Below, piece after piece: positions 27,377 to 41,000 of a DNA stretch of 64,000 nucleotides. Position 1 is the first letter of the stretch; each line of letters begins with the position of its first letter. A program made the position numbers and the translations under genes. Source of the DNA: Acanthaster planci (taxonomy: Eukaryota); contig NW_019091356.1 in assembly GCF_001949145.1 (NCBI RefSeq), forward strand, positions 124,001 to 188,000, read 5' to 3'. The notes below the pieces were generated by a model that searched no databases, was not told where the DNA came from, and was given only the letters and a program-made list of their open reading frames with translations.

Positions 27377-29684
27377 TTATCCACGAACTGTAGGTAGGAA
27401 AAAAGGAAGAGACAATGAAAATTGCGAGTGTAAAACTTGTAAAAGAAAGGCTCATGAAGTAAGTTCTCGTTTGACTGTTGTAAAATCATTCTCTCCAACG
27501 AATCATTTCACTGCTGATTTCATAACTACGCCAGGGATAAAGATCTATAATGTGATGCAGCAGATAAAAAACAGATGTGCATCTACATGTCATAGCGCAT
27601 TTGACTAGCCCATGGCACTTTGCGTCTCCCTTACATTTCCATGGAGGACAATCTAGTACTTACGACATAATTTCCTGTTACAACGGCCATATCCAGGGGG
27701 ACACTGGCTGCATTTACCACCGCTCTCGTACGGCTTCTCGCCAATCCAATTGCCTCTGAAGTAAAAAACGATCGGAAGTGGCGCTTTCATATTATTATTA
27801 TTATGGTTTATTAAAAACACTGTTTTGTAGCCCAAAGGCTAAATTGCCACAATGTATACATATTAAAATTATTCATAATACCCCGAAATATGGGATGGGG
27901 TATGGGGAGAGGGTTCCAGGCTCCTAATACTAGTGAACTTTGACTCATCCTTCGCTGTAGTAAACGTAGCACTGAAGGTCGTCTTATACATGTATGCAAT
28001 ACGGCAATGTTGAAACTTTGTATTTTGACGATTTAAATTTATGTACCAGAAATATGAAACTCACACGAATTGTTCCCACTCTTCTGTCGCATAGCTCTGT
28101 CGGTAAGTTTAAAATGATTTGTCAAGTAATCTGTTTCGTGGCAGGGAAGTCTTATGTTGCAGGTCTTTCTTAGTTTGGTTATTGGCAAGAGATCAGCTGC
28201 AAATAACTTTTTAGTGTAAATTGTCTTCTTTTTTCAATTTGGTATGACAGAGTCATGTGCAGGGTTAATATGAGACACAGCTTTAATCTCTGCAGTACGT
28301 GAATTCGAATATTCCTTTACCCCTCTCCATAGTTGCACACTAGGCGATTAGGAAATCTTCCTGGGCACCCTTTCTTGAACCCACAACCGATGAACTTGGT
28401 GTTGGCCCAAACCATCTAAAAAGACAAAATAGTTTTTAAAATGTAGTCTAAAAAGCTGTAGATATCAAGGATAAAATGGCCTATTCACTCTGACACAACC
28501 CAAGTTTTTACCAACCTGTGTATAATGGCCACATGACGACAACATTGGATCTCCAGGTGCTGGTCGGCAAGTGTTACTCCAGTAGTCATAAACTTTCCTT
28601 TCTCCCTCCCAGCCCTTAACCATCTCTCGCAGGTCAGTGTCCGAGCTGAAAGCCATATTCTCTCCAATCCACTGCCAACGACGGTTGGACTTGACACTGT
28701 TGTGCCCGTCAATGCAGGTGTCAGCCCAGTCCTGAGCTTTACGAGCCAGATCGTCACCCCATGCCTTACAAAACAAAGTTGGTAGGGTTTGTACTGAAAA
28801 TTTCCTGGGATGAATTTCCAGTCCTTCAAATAGGCCTATGTTACATATTCATTGCTCTGGTTGTGTACCTTAGACTTGTTCTTAACAGGGAAGTGTCGAA
28901 CTTTTGTTGACAAACGTCGGGGAAAAATCAATCATATAGATGTACTACAGCACCTCGAAGAATGAAGAACTGCCAATTTTCTAGGATGGCTTCTCACGGT
29001 TAATGAGCTTTTCCAATAATCATCGCTCGCAATAATGGACCACAATAAGTAGTCAAACGGTTATTTTCAATACTAAATTTAAGAGCATTAAAATGAAGAT
29101 CAATCGCATCGCATCGAAAAGCGCGTGTCGCGCAATGAACGCTGCCACGTCACTCGATGTGAATACAGCTATTTCGTTCAGAACTTTTTCAGCTGTTCAG
29201 ATCTTCAGCACAATACTAAGGGGCACTTTTTTAATGCATAAAGACCTGCAGTCATGAACAAGATTTAAAGGACATCATATACATTAATAATTATTCACGA
29301 AAACGAAATTCAATACTTTGAAAAAGTACGGAAAGTGCAGCTTTGAAGGAAATACTGGTTATTGTAGGCAAGTTCGCAATAGTTGATCATGGTGATGTCA
29401 GTAATGCAAACTAGGTGAATGGCCAGTGGACAAGCAAACCTGGATACCATTGTACAGAAATGCATTATCTTACAATGCCCAAGGAAGGAATACTGTTGCC
29501 CAGGATAGAAAAACAATAAAAGAGTTAAGCTTACCAGCTTCACCATGTTGGCAGCCTTTGGAGTCACATTGTTACGGAAGTCATTGTGCCATCGCAGAAT
29601 GTCTTGTTTTTGCTTTGCTGTCAAACGAGCATCAGTATGTCCAAGAATGAGAAGAGCAAATACCAGAGCAACACGCGAGTACAT
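27377..29684 (-). CDS. Secreted CAP-superfamily (SCP/PR-1, PI16/GLIPR1-like) protein, ~198 aa; exons 29535-29684, 28516-28764, 28321-28415, 27664-27755, 27377-27387
   Basis: Signal peptide [30 protein letters not shown]...LA..AQ.WA..C, GENM, CGHYTQMVWA.T..IGCG, LVCNY..GGNW.G.KPY..G..CS.CP; ends ...CNRKLCLRG*. No ShK/ICR or transmembrane tail seen. Confidence 0.92.
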
Positions 29685-31333
29685 GGCGGGAAGTGAACAG
29701 TCTTCCAACCCAGCTAAAGATACCTCCACTCGAAGCTGTAATACGTGCAACAGCATTTCTTACAGCGGAATTTATAAGGAGCCGAAAACTAGTCCACCCA
29801 CAAGAAAAATATTGGTGCTGACATATATGTCACAGTCTCGTACTTGTCAAGACTTCGGTGCCAATCTCTCATTTCATTGTGACAAATGTTTATAAAGATC
29901 CAAAACAACAAGAGAATTTGTCACGGTTTATACCGCAAGTAACAACTCATTTGCTTATCTTGCAGCAGAAGCTTTTCATGTGACGAATTCATAGGCCTGT
30001 ATACGTAACAATCTGCAAGTACATGCATGTAATGACGAGAAAACGACTGTGGATTGGACAAATTGAGCACGTTCAATCTCCTCACGTCACTGACCCAGGG
30101 GTATTTCTCATATTACGTCCCTTCTGAATATCATCATCATCACTAAATATAATCGTAAACAAATACTGACAAGAGGTTTGTAATGTATCAGGAAGATTTC
30201 GTCACCCTATGGTAATTGCTAAGTGTTGGTAAACAGAGGTTTGGAGCTTCAATTTTTACCCGTGCGTGATAATGAAAGATGAGTCGAGTTTATTATAGCT
30301 GCCATCACAATGTGCAACACCTGTTCTGCGTTTCTTTCAAGAGCTGCATGAGCTTTGGGCCATGGAGGAAGGAAAACATTGATCCATATTTCTCTTTCTC
30401 ATGTGGATTGCGGCTTTTCTGAAAAGCTCCAAGCTGTCCGCATAAGTGACACATGTCTCTCAGATGCTCTGATTCCATGCAGTATACATTTACAAAAACT
30501 AGCTTGAATCACAGACTGGACTGCATCCCTCAGTGACTGACAAGCCCCAGCCTTTCGTAACTTCACGAAAAATAATACAATGCACAAGCCATGGAAAGGG
30601 AAAACGAATTCTGCAAAACACCAACCAAATTAACCAGTGCCACCGATGAATTATAGTTGTTACTGTGATGAGACTTGCACACACATAAACACAAAAAGGG
30701 ACAAACAAAAATTTAAAAATTAATAATGAGTACACACTTATAGTGTAATGTACCATTATTGTTTCTGCATGCCTATAAATCAAAATGTCAATTTTAAATG
30801 TGGCAATTTCATGCACATGACACTAAAAGATGCTCAAAATTATGCACAAACTGCTGCAGGTAAAAAAGAAAGAGTTCAGTCCTGGACACACTGAATGACA
30901 CTCCCACCACATTACGGATAAGTTAGAGAAATGTATTGATAAAGAAAATACTGCAAGTACAGGATCAATAACATTGACTTTACAGTTGAAATAATATAAT
31001 TGATTTCCGTTTAATATTAATTTCTTAAGGTTTGGATGACGCATCTCTGAAGGCCTCCTACATGTCCCGGTATACATGTATTATTTGAAAATAGGGGGGA
31101 GACATACATGCAAATATACCTTGCATGCATTCTAAGATGCCAAAAGTAATTGCACCATGTCCTGAAGGTGAAATTTAACAAAGAAATTCCTGAAGAATTT
31201 AATTAGAAAGCACCAAGTTTTTTTTTCAGACAAGTCTCACAATTTGTTCACAAAAATCACTGAAAAGCATTTAGGACACAGAGACAAATTAGCAACAAGT
31301 TTCACCGAAATACGTTGCAGACTCGTCCAAAAG

Positions 31334-33640
31334 CTTAGACATTTGAATATTTTGTTTAGAATTTCCATGGATAAAAGCTTGCTTGTGGTTACGTAAACAT
31401 GCATTTTATAAACAGCACACTGTGACGAAAATCGATTTGGTTATATGGAAAGATAGAAACACAAGAGATATTGCGTGGAAACGGTTTGTGACAGGTACTG
31501 TAATTGAAACGAGTGGTTAGCCCATTGTTGAAGAAATCTCAGTTTTCTTGAACCGGTAGAAAAAATGATCCGAGTAAAACAAATTCAATAAAATAAGGAA
31601 TGAAAAGCCATCCTGAATCTTTGTAACTGATTACGCCTTCATGGATTATCTCGTAACTCGTAATTATTCTCCGACACAAACTCACATCTGCAACTGCAAC
31701 ATCCTTACACCGTTACAGAGAACGTTACCATTCCGACAGTAACCTTTACATCAGTAGTCATGGCAACAATATTCGAAATGACTAAAAGTGCTTCCCTTTG
31801 TGTTTTTCCGTGGGCAGATGAATTCCTACATCCAAACTGATAATAAATAGCACTGATGCATAACAACATAGCAGATGGTTGTCCCCTGGAAAACCAATCC
31901 AATGATATTTCCAGGAGCTTTACCGCATAGTACCACGTGTCCCACGGCTCTTTATTCGGTATTTTTTATTCATTAGATAACGTTTTATGAAAAAAAATAC
32001 GTGTAGTTTATGTATAATTGACAAACCATTTGAGTGTGCGCCATGAACTACACGCATAATTTCTTTCTTCGTCATTCGACCGAATCGAGCGGGAAAAAGT
32101 GTAATATTGGGGCTGGTAATTTCAGGTTACACAAGAGCTTTACGTCTCTGATAACCGTCATATCTATATAGGATCCGAATCAACTTACCAGTTGATGCAC
32201 AATATGGAAGGAGTCTTTGGTTCTCTAGTTTATTTTCAACCAGCAGAATACATCGTCTGTGGGGTGATGCTTCGGGCGTCTGTAGCCATTGGTGTTTACT
32301 ACGGAGTAAAAGGAGGTGGCCAGCGTACCTCTTCTTCATACGTTCTGGCTGATCGCAGCATGACAGCAGCCCCGGTCACATTTTCTCTTACTGCTGGTTT
32401 GTTCTCTGCAATTGCTGTGCAGGGCATCCCAGCTGATGCGTACTTCCATGGTCCAATGCTATTTTGGATTAGCATTCCTTTTGCCTACGGTGGAACTCTT
32501 TGTGTGGTATTTTTCATGCCGATGTTTTCTAGGCTTGGTGCGCAATCTGCTTATGAGGTAAAGCACTGAAAAGGAAATATCTTTTTTAATGTCAATTTTA
32601 CTGTATTGTGCTTTAAATCTCATTTATGACAAGCACAAGGTTGGAGTCCAAGGATTTTTGATGCACAAAAAATCTCGTTTTAGCTTTTTAAAAATCGCTG
32701 AAATAAAGACTAACTACAAAATGCAGTAGGGTTCCATTACATTTTTTCCATATAAATCCAGAAATCTTCTTTTCTGTAATAACAGTTTATTATGATTTAG
32801 GAACAGTACCTTGAACTTCGTTTCAACTATGCAGTTAAGATGTGTGGAGTGTTGTCTTTTCTGCTTTTTGCGGTAAGCTGTATTCATGTTATGCCTGTTA
32901 AAACGGTCCGGTTGCAGTATTCTGGATAAATAACTAATAATAACTGAACAAGTCGAATTTCCAATTTCTAGTTTAAAACCCGCTAAAATTGAGTGTTCAG
33001 AAGTTTATTTTTTATATCACGACACCAGTACAGCTGTTGTTACCTTTACCATCAACACAATTTGAATTACCACTTCTCTAACTTTTTTACCTTTCATCAG
33101 CAAGTTTTAATTTTTATTTGCTGTCTTAATGAGTTTCCCATTATTTCTTTCAGGTGCTGTACACTGGTGTGGTCACGTACCTAGCCAGTGTTGCTGCTAA
33201 CACAGGTATACGTGTATACTTATAAGGATCCTGAAAAATCTCAGATTCACATGTAACTCCAAGCTTGAAAAACAGAAAGTTTGTTCACTGATGACAGCAA
33301 GAAGTACACCTGCCCTAGTATTGTACCTACCTTGATTGTTAATAAAATGACAGGTCACTAGAGCATTACTCTCCTGTTTAACTGGTAAGCTACATGTATA
33401 GCTCCACATGGGGGAAATTTATATACTCTTCTATCTTTGAACTTTACAGTGACTGGAATCCGTGTCGAGGTCGCCATAGTTAGCCTGTGTGTCGTGTGTG
33501 CTGTCTACACAGTTATTGTAAGTACATATTCCCCAACAGAGTGTATTAATTATCTTCCAATTCTCAAGCACATCAACAGGTGTTAACTGAGATGTACGAC
33601 GTATTCATACATTCGAATTCATGCAAGATTGGACATAAAT
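31334..33640 (+). repeat. Segmental duplicate of ~15630-19310 (upstream region, exons 1-4 and introns of SLC5 copy A)
   Basis: Non-coding blocks align, e.g. GTAAACATGCATTTTATAAACAGCACACTGTGA (~15693 and ~31392), TCCGACACAAACTCACAT (~17151 and ~31670), and intron sequences around exons 2-4; similarity ends ~120 nt into intron 4. Copy A has ~1.2 kb extra at ~15885-17070. Confidence 0.88.
32204..33517 (+). pseudogene. SLC5 copy B: only exons 1-4 (32204-32557, 32807-32872, 33154-33205, 33450-33517); truncated paralogue or alternative 5' module of copy C
   Basis: Close paralogue of copy A exons 1-4 with intact splice sites and no stop; no exon 5 (GGIKAV) before copy C starts at 35061; carries L->R in the first TM segment (VMLRAS). 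Confidence 0.75.
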
Positions 33641-33759
33641 AACTAACACGTTATATGTTAATACAAGATAGCATGGTTACAATATTTAGCTTCTTGAATC
33701 AGCAGGAAAAGTTAGTCATTTTGACTAATAAAAAGTTAGTGCAGCTCTATGTCTAAAAT

Positions 33760-33855
33760 GACCAATTTAAATCAGTCAGACAGGCCAAGGACTAATTTAA
33801 ATTAGAGAGACGGGCCAAGGACTAATTTAAATTAGTTAGACAGGCCAATGACTAA
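33760..33855. repeat. 30-bp tandem repeat (~3.2 copies) within an insertion at the breakpoint of SLC5 copy B
   Basis: Unit ACTAATTTAAATTAG..AGACAGGCCAAGG at 33761, 33791, 33821, partial 33851; surrounding 33700-33990 is rich in TTAGTC/GACTAA words. Confidence 0.8.
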
Positions 33856-35060
33856 CATATATTCGTCAAAGATAAGTCAAATTTAATATTAGTCAAATTT
33901 GACGGAAGTCAGTCACTGTTGACTAAGTATTAGTCCTGTCTTCATTTAATACGTTATCAAGACCTGACTCACCTATGTTAGTCGTTTTGAGCAATATCTG
34001 GATATTATTGGTTAAGGCACTTTACTACGTGCATCGCATCATTAGATGCAAAATACAGTTTAAATTAATCACAGAGAAAATGTTCCGTTTCAGAGGCAAA
34101 TGAAACTGCATATCTATAGTGATACTTCGGTTGCGCAAAGAATCCCAAGTATTGTTGGTCAGGTCAAGAGCGTAACTTGATGACAAAGCAACTTTTTGAG
34201 ATACCTGCAAATACGTTCAAAGTGGAAACAATTGAACCATATTGCTGATTCACTTTGTCGAACTGAAGCCAAAATAACATAGACTTTAAAATATTAGACA
34301 ACAGGGCAAAGGTTTCAATGGGTACCCTACAGATATAAATAACTAATAAATTGGTTACGGTGCTTTTTCTTTTATATGCCTGTAAACAATCAACCCCATT
34401 TGACTTGCACATTGTGAATTATGAATGTTTACTCGGTTCGATATAGTTCTGTGAGATATCCGTTGCAAACAAACTCCATGTACTAGTTTGCAGTCGTTAC
34501 CCCCATTTTATGACATTTTAAAAATATTCAGTTTGCACAAGTGCACTATGTACTCTACTAATTGCAACACTGAGATAAAACACTCCCCTAATTCCAATAT
34601 GGCTATCTCATATAGTTCAGATTCCTCCAAGGTCACTTGCCTACGATACCCCGCCCTCTAGTCGAATGTTCGTCTACCAAATGTTGCTTCCTCCACTGGG
34701 AAGCAAGGAGGAATCTGATACCGTTGTTCAACTTTTCCGACACCTGCTGTTTTCTACTCCAGCGAGATTTTCAGGAGCTATCCCGCAGAGTACCACTTGA
34801 CCTATGGCTTATCGATTGCTAACTTTTTCATGATACATAATTTATGTGCGGCTCATGCTAGAGCATTTTGAATGTGCGTCATAAACTACACGCACGGTTC
34901 CAATTATTTCTGAACATGGCACGTCAAAGACGATTTCGGCAAATTCGACAAATACGGATTCAGCGTTGAGGCTTGTAATTTCAAGCTGGTCAAGAACTTT
35001 ACTTCTCTGACAACAGTCACGTCAATAGGATCCGAATCTGTTTACCAGTCAATACACAAC

Positions 35061-38000
35061 ATGGATGAAGTCTTTGGTTCTCGTTCCTACTTTCAACCAG
35101 CAGACTACATTGTCTGTGGGATAATGCTTCTAGCTTCCATAGCTATTGGTGTTTACTACGGGCTAAAGGGAGGCGGGCAGCGCACCTCTTCTGCATACAT
35201 TCTAGCCGATCGGAGTATGACTTTAGTACCGATCACACTCTCTCTCCTTGCAAGTTTCTTCTCTGGAATCTCCCTACAAGGCTACCCAGCTGATGTATAT
35301 TACCATGGTCCCACAGTCTTCTGGATGCTTATTCCATTCGCCCTTGGGATTGTTCTCAACCTGATCTTCTATCTTCCAATGTATTACAGACTTGGAATGG
35401 CTTCTGCCTATGAGGTGGGCGTATAAAAATAGTCTTTCTGGAGTGTAACGTTCATTGTCAATGCTGTGGTTTTAGTGACTGTTGGGTGGCAAAATGTTCA
35501 CGATATATTTGGGGGAAGGGGGATGTCTACATTCAAAAAACCTTTTTAGTTTAAAATACTGCAGTATTAGTGCCGGTAAACTTTAAAACAACGAAACGTA
35601 TAGACCATAGTTATACAAAGGTATTTATGTAAAGATAAGATATAGGCCTATATGCTTCTTGTTTGTCCAAAACAGTACCTGGAATTACGGTTCAGCAAAA
35701 CTGCCAAGAATTGTGGAATGATGTCCTTCCTGTGTTTCACCGTAAGTAATTTTATGTTTTCAATTTTGTTTCAAGTCTGGAAGCAATTTTATGCTTATTA
35801 CACTGAACATGCACCAGTCACTCTGTACTTTTCTTTACTTTGTTGTAGTCTCGTTAGTTTGTTTGGTGCTTTTAACATCCCTGTGATGATGTAACGTGCT
35901 TTTGTTGGAAGTTACTTTATTTTGTTCTTAGTATCTACATGTAGTAAAAATCAAGTATAATTACACATCAATCCAAGCAGGTGCTCTACTCTGGTGTAGT
36001 CACCTATACAGCATGCGTGGCTGCCACCGCAGGTGCGTGGTACTTATTTTTACTTTTGCCATGAAATTTTAGTATCATAGTTTTGGTGAAAAAAACTTCA
36101 TCTTAAAAAAAAAACAAGAGGCGTATTTAAAACAAAAATATGTCATGGTATATTTTCTAACAATCACTAATGTTCTATTTAATTACTGCAGTAACTGGAA
36201 TCAACCTCATAGCTGCCGTTGTCGGTCTCTGTGTAATCTGCGGTGTCTACACTGTTATTGTAAGCAATCAATGATGACTTTTGTCGCTTTAAACATCACA
36301 AATTTGACAAAAATAAAAATATTAAATATTTGCGACAGAGCAACCAATTATCTCTGTTGTGAAAGGGCACACTGATGCCAAATCACTTAAAACATGTTTA
36401 AATCTACGGTGAATACCTATCGTTTTGTTCTGAACGTTGAGCTACAAAGCCCCCCCCCGTATGTATTCAGTAGCAATGAAGAGAAGAAAAGTACAAAACG
36501 TCATTTGATGGAAGGTTAGCGTACGAAGCAAGATATCGGACAAAGAGCGCCCCTCACCTTTGTGTTGGTCATTGTTTGATTGGAATCTCAGGAATACTTT
36601 TCAGACATCTAGGGGGATGTGTTAGGTAACGATGCTCTAGGGTGTGTATTGAGATCGGATATGTATACCCCTCCGTCCCATATCTTTGCTGGGCAGGGAT
36701 GTAAGTGTACATAAGATGTTCATCTGTATCGTGAACCACCTCCAGCTTTCAGCAATCCTATCCCTAAAACTGTGGCATTCCCCCGTAGCTCCTAGAATAC
36801 AGCACCACTCCACCACCCCTACCCTCTTTTTGAATTGCCGCGGCTGGTCGTCTTTTTGTTTGTTGTTTTTTAATTTTGGGTTTTTTTAGTCATACTTCAT
36901 CCCCCTGTCCCCTACAGATTTACTCCGCAGATTTTGACAGATTGTTTATAAAAAAGAGGAACTACATGGCAATTTACAGGTGTTTACTGTTGATTTTCAT
37001 TCATTTGTGTCTTTGTAGGGAGGAATAAAGGCTGTTTTGTGGACAGACAGTCTCCAAATGATCCTTATGGTCTTAACAGCTGTAGCTGTTATCATTAAAT
37101 GTTCAATGGAACTTGGCTTTCAGTCTATCTGGCAGGTAGCTTCGGAAGGATCCAGGACCAACTTTCTCCAGTAAGATTTCAGAGTTCTATGGAAATAAGT
37201 GCATATCAAGCGGTTGATTCGAAGAGACAAAATGAGGAAACATGTTTAACTTTGTCACATACATGGCTGAAATTGGCTCTGGGAAAATGAAGTAACCTGG
37301 TTGTATCTCATAAAAAAAGAAAACAAAATTTAGCAATCCATGGATGTACCCCTTAGCTTTCTGGTAACATTTTGAAGCATTAGTTGCATATTTTAGGGAT
37401 TAACCAAAATAATTGGTAATGGAATGAATTTAACATTTCTCTTTTTTCAGCTTCAACTCAGATTTCACAGATTTTTACAACGGTTGGAGTTTCATCTGCC
37501 AGACAACATTTATGGGCGTTTTTATAACCAATCAGTACATGGTACAACGACTTGTAGTCTGCAAGTCCGAGACAGTGGCAAGAGCGTAAGTCTCACAAAA
37601 GAAATGGTTGCCTACGAATTGTTTTCATAACTTGTCATTTTACTGCAGCTGGTTTCCAACTACACGTATACCTTAGAAAACATCACCTTAGAATACTACA
37701 TCTATATAATCATTTTCTCCATTCGGATTGGTGTACGCTTTGGGTTTCCCTACAGATCCGTTATCTGCTACGTAGTTGGATTCATGACCTTCGAAATTCT
37801 ACTATTCTTCATGGGGATCAGCATTTATGCGTACTATGAGGGATGTGATCCTACAACTATTGGATATACAACTAAAAACGATCAGGTAAGTGGGTACAGG
37901 TGGTGCTTGTTGGAAATAATGGGATGACATGTACAGTTTAGGATTGTGTTTCATTATGGTGTACTCACACCTACCTGTTTTACATACAAAGTATGGACAT

Positions 38001-41000
38001 TCCTTCGTTCTTCTGCGGTTAAAACCTCTGAACGCTGGGATTTTTGCCAGTGACTGCTGGGCTGCAGTATGCCCAGTATGCAAAGCCTTGTTTAGCAGCA
38101 GGCCCACATTGAAATCGCAGGCGCATGATGAATAGACGGTACAATACGTGTACCAGTATATGCACTAATCCTCACAAAGAACCGCGGCTGTAGCCGTCTC
38201 CCAGTGTGACGGGGTTAAGGAAACTTGATGAAAATGCTCCTTTTTCTAAAACTAGGATAACTATAGTTCGAGCTGGATTTTGGGATAATGATTTCCTTCT
38301 ATATGCTAACCTGACTCTATAGATTGTACCGTACTTCATTATTGACGTCTTTTCTGATTTACCTGGCGTTCCCGGCTTACTTCTAACAGGACTGTTTGGA
38401 GCGGCCTTGAGGTAAGCTGCAATATTTCGAGCTTTCAATTACATATCACATTCAATTACATATCACAATGACGGATAAACGCTTATGACTGTGACATCAT
38501 TGGGGGGTTGGTATGCACATCACACGTGTGACTAAATGATTGTACCTTAAAACTATGAAAACGAATAAATAATTATCGGACTTCGTGTTACAGTACACTT
38601 TCGTCAGTCTTCAACGCAACCGCTACCCTTGTGGGTGAACATTTCGTCAAGCCATACTGGAAAGGTCTCCAGGATAACAGTTACACTGTTATTCTCAAAT
38701 TAATCGGTAAGTTTATCATCTGGAACGTTATCCACAAGGCTCCAGCCTCTTTCTCAACGGAACCCGCTCAACAATTCTGCCACACTCTTACTAGTTTGCC
38801 ACAGTTGTTCTGTATTTTCCCAAGTTTTCTGAGCAAGAACTTAGTGCGAATCGCAACTTGTTCTGTTATCGTAAACTTCCATGGATTCAAGCCTTCTTAA
38901 CAGAGAACAATTAGCCAGCCCAAGAGAGGAGTTAGTGATAGTATTAAGAAAAATTCTGTGTGCAATCTCCTTTGTTGTTTTTTTTATAGTCGTTTTCGCC
39001 TCTGCCGCAGCTCTTGGAATGGCATTCATTATTCCCAACATCGGCGATGCAGTTCCGGTACATTTCTCTTTAGTTGTTTTTTTTTTTTTGGGGGGGGGGG
39101 TGGGTCAGGGTAGTAATTGTGTCATGCATAACGCAAAAGATGTCGCCTTGATGTTACAAGGATACAGTGCGACCCGTCTGTATAGGTAAAACCACGCCCC
39201 TTTTCCCCTGTTTTCTGGCCTCTCGACCAATCAGAAGACTGGGTTTTGCATAACATGAGGAGTTCCCCCGTACCATTTGTAGTAGGGCTGATTGTATGTT
39301 GGAGGGATGTTTTGCACAATATAAAATATAATGTATATAATATTAATTGTAATATGTATGTATATATGCTGTGTCGGCGGACTATTAGGATAATGATCAT
39401 ATTGTGTCTGCTGGAAGTGAGAGTTGGTCTGATCTTTGGACACAAAAGGAGAGAGGGCGCCCACATGCTAACGGTTTTGCGTTCGGCTACCGAGATCTGA
39501 TCGTTACAGGAAGAACACTCTGTTGTCCCTGGCTAAATTTCTTAATTCTCTGAACCCTTTGAACTAGAGTGTTTTACGCCCCGTTACCCTGTACATGTAC
39601 ATGTAATACTATATGGTTTTGGCTCTGGCTGATTTTTAAAAAAATCTTTTGAATTGGTGTTTTACGTCGGTTACCCTGTACATGTATACGGTTTTGCAAA
39701 TTTAATCAAAGCGGAGCGTTAATACTGTTCTTTATTGTGGAACCTCAATGTAAAATACATCATTATATAAAAATTGAGAATTCTTGGGGGGGGGCAGCAT
39801 GACGTCAGTTGGGGATTTTTAACGCGTAGCAAAGTAAATTTATTCGTCGTGCTGTGGAATATTGTGCAGACGTTCCCGGCCAGTATCTGACCCAAGAATT
39901 ATATCTTGTGCCATACATTTTACCCTACACCTCATTGCTATGGTTTGGGTTCAACCATTTACTACTTGAGTCAACACAGGGTTCTAGTCACGCCGCACAC
40001 AATGAGAATTAACGTAATTATAATTACCGCTAATTAGGTCATTAGGGAGACATTCCCATAAGAACGACGTGCACAAAATTTTTCCAACTTTACTGTCCCA
40101 TAATTCAATATTCCCTAATCTGATCTGAACCAAACTTTGTATGATTTCATTTTAGGCCCTAAACTATCATCTCTCAAAATATGGACGGTAAAACTCGACC
40201 TCCCTCTGGTAGTTTGAAAATAGGGAGACACTGAAATGTTTCCCTAAAAGCCAGTGTCTCCCTAATGCTGAAAAACTTACCACAAAATGTGTCCAAAATG
40301 ACATATTTGTAAATATTAATCAATTCTTCACATTTTATCTATGTGCAGTAGCATGTACTTATCCAAGGTACAGTGTAATAAGAGTAAAGTATACATAAAT
40401 GTTATTATATATACATTATATTTATATTGTACAAAACATCCCTCTAACATATAAACAGCCCTACTATAAATTGTACAGGCCACCTTATTTTATGCATATG
40501 AGGTGTTACGTTTCAAAACCCAGTCTTCTGATTGGTAGAGAGGCCAGAAAACAGGGGGGAAAAGAGGCGCGGTTTTACCTACACAGACGGGTTGCACTAC
40601 TCACTGCAATGCATGTTACTTTATTTCATACCAACAAGCGACGACTGAACCTTACAAAATTACAATTATTGTAATAATATCAAAAAACGTCATTAATTGC
40701 AGGAAAATGTTATCAATCATGTTTAAGTAAATAAAAGAAAGGACTAAATACTAAAGCACCGATCACATTCCTATCTGCAAGTTGATTCTAATTTTTTTAT
40801 GTTCTTTTTATTGTTCTTTTGATGTATTTTAGGTAATATTAACGTTTACAGGTTGCACCATGGCTGGTTCACTTTCCATGTATCTTATTGGAGCGTTCCT
40901 CCCTTTCTGTGGTTCAAAGGTATATACATGTAGGTTAATTAGTCAGATTGTAATATGTAAATACTGAACTGGAAGTAACTTCAAACAAACGCATACTAGA

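Noticed and set aside
33760..33855. 30-bp periodic repeats as a CRISPR-like array
   Set aside because: Head-to-tail units without unique spacers, no cas genes, eukaryotic context.
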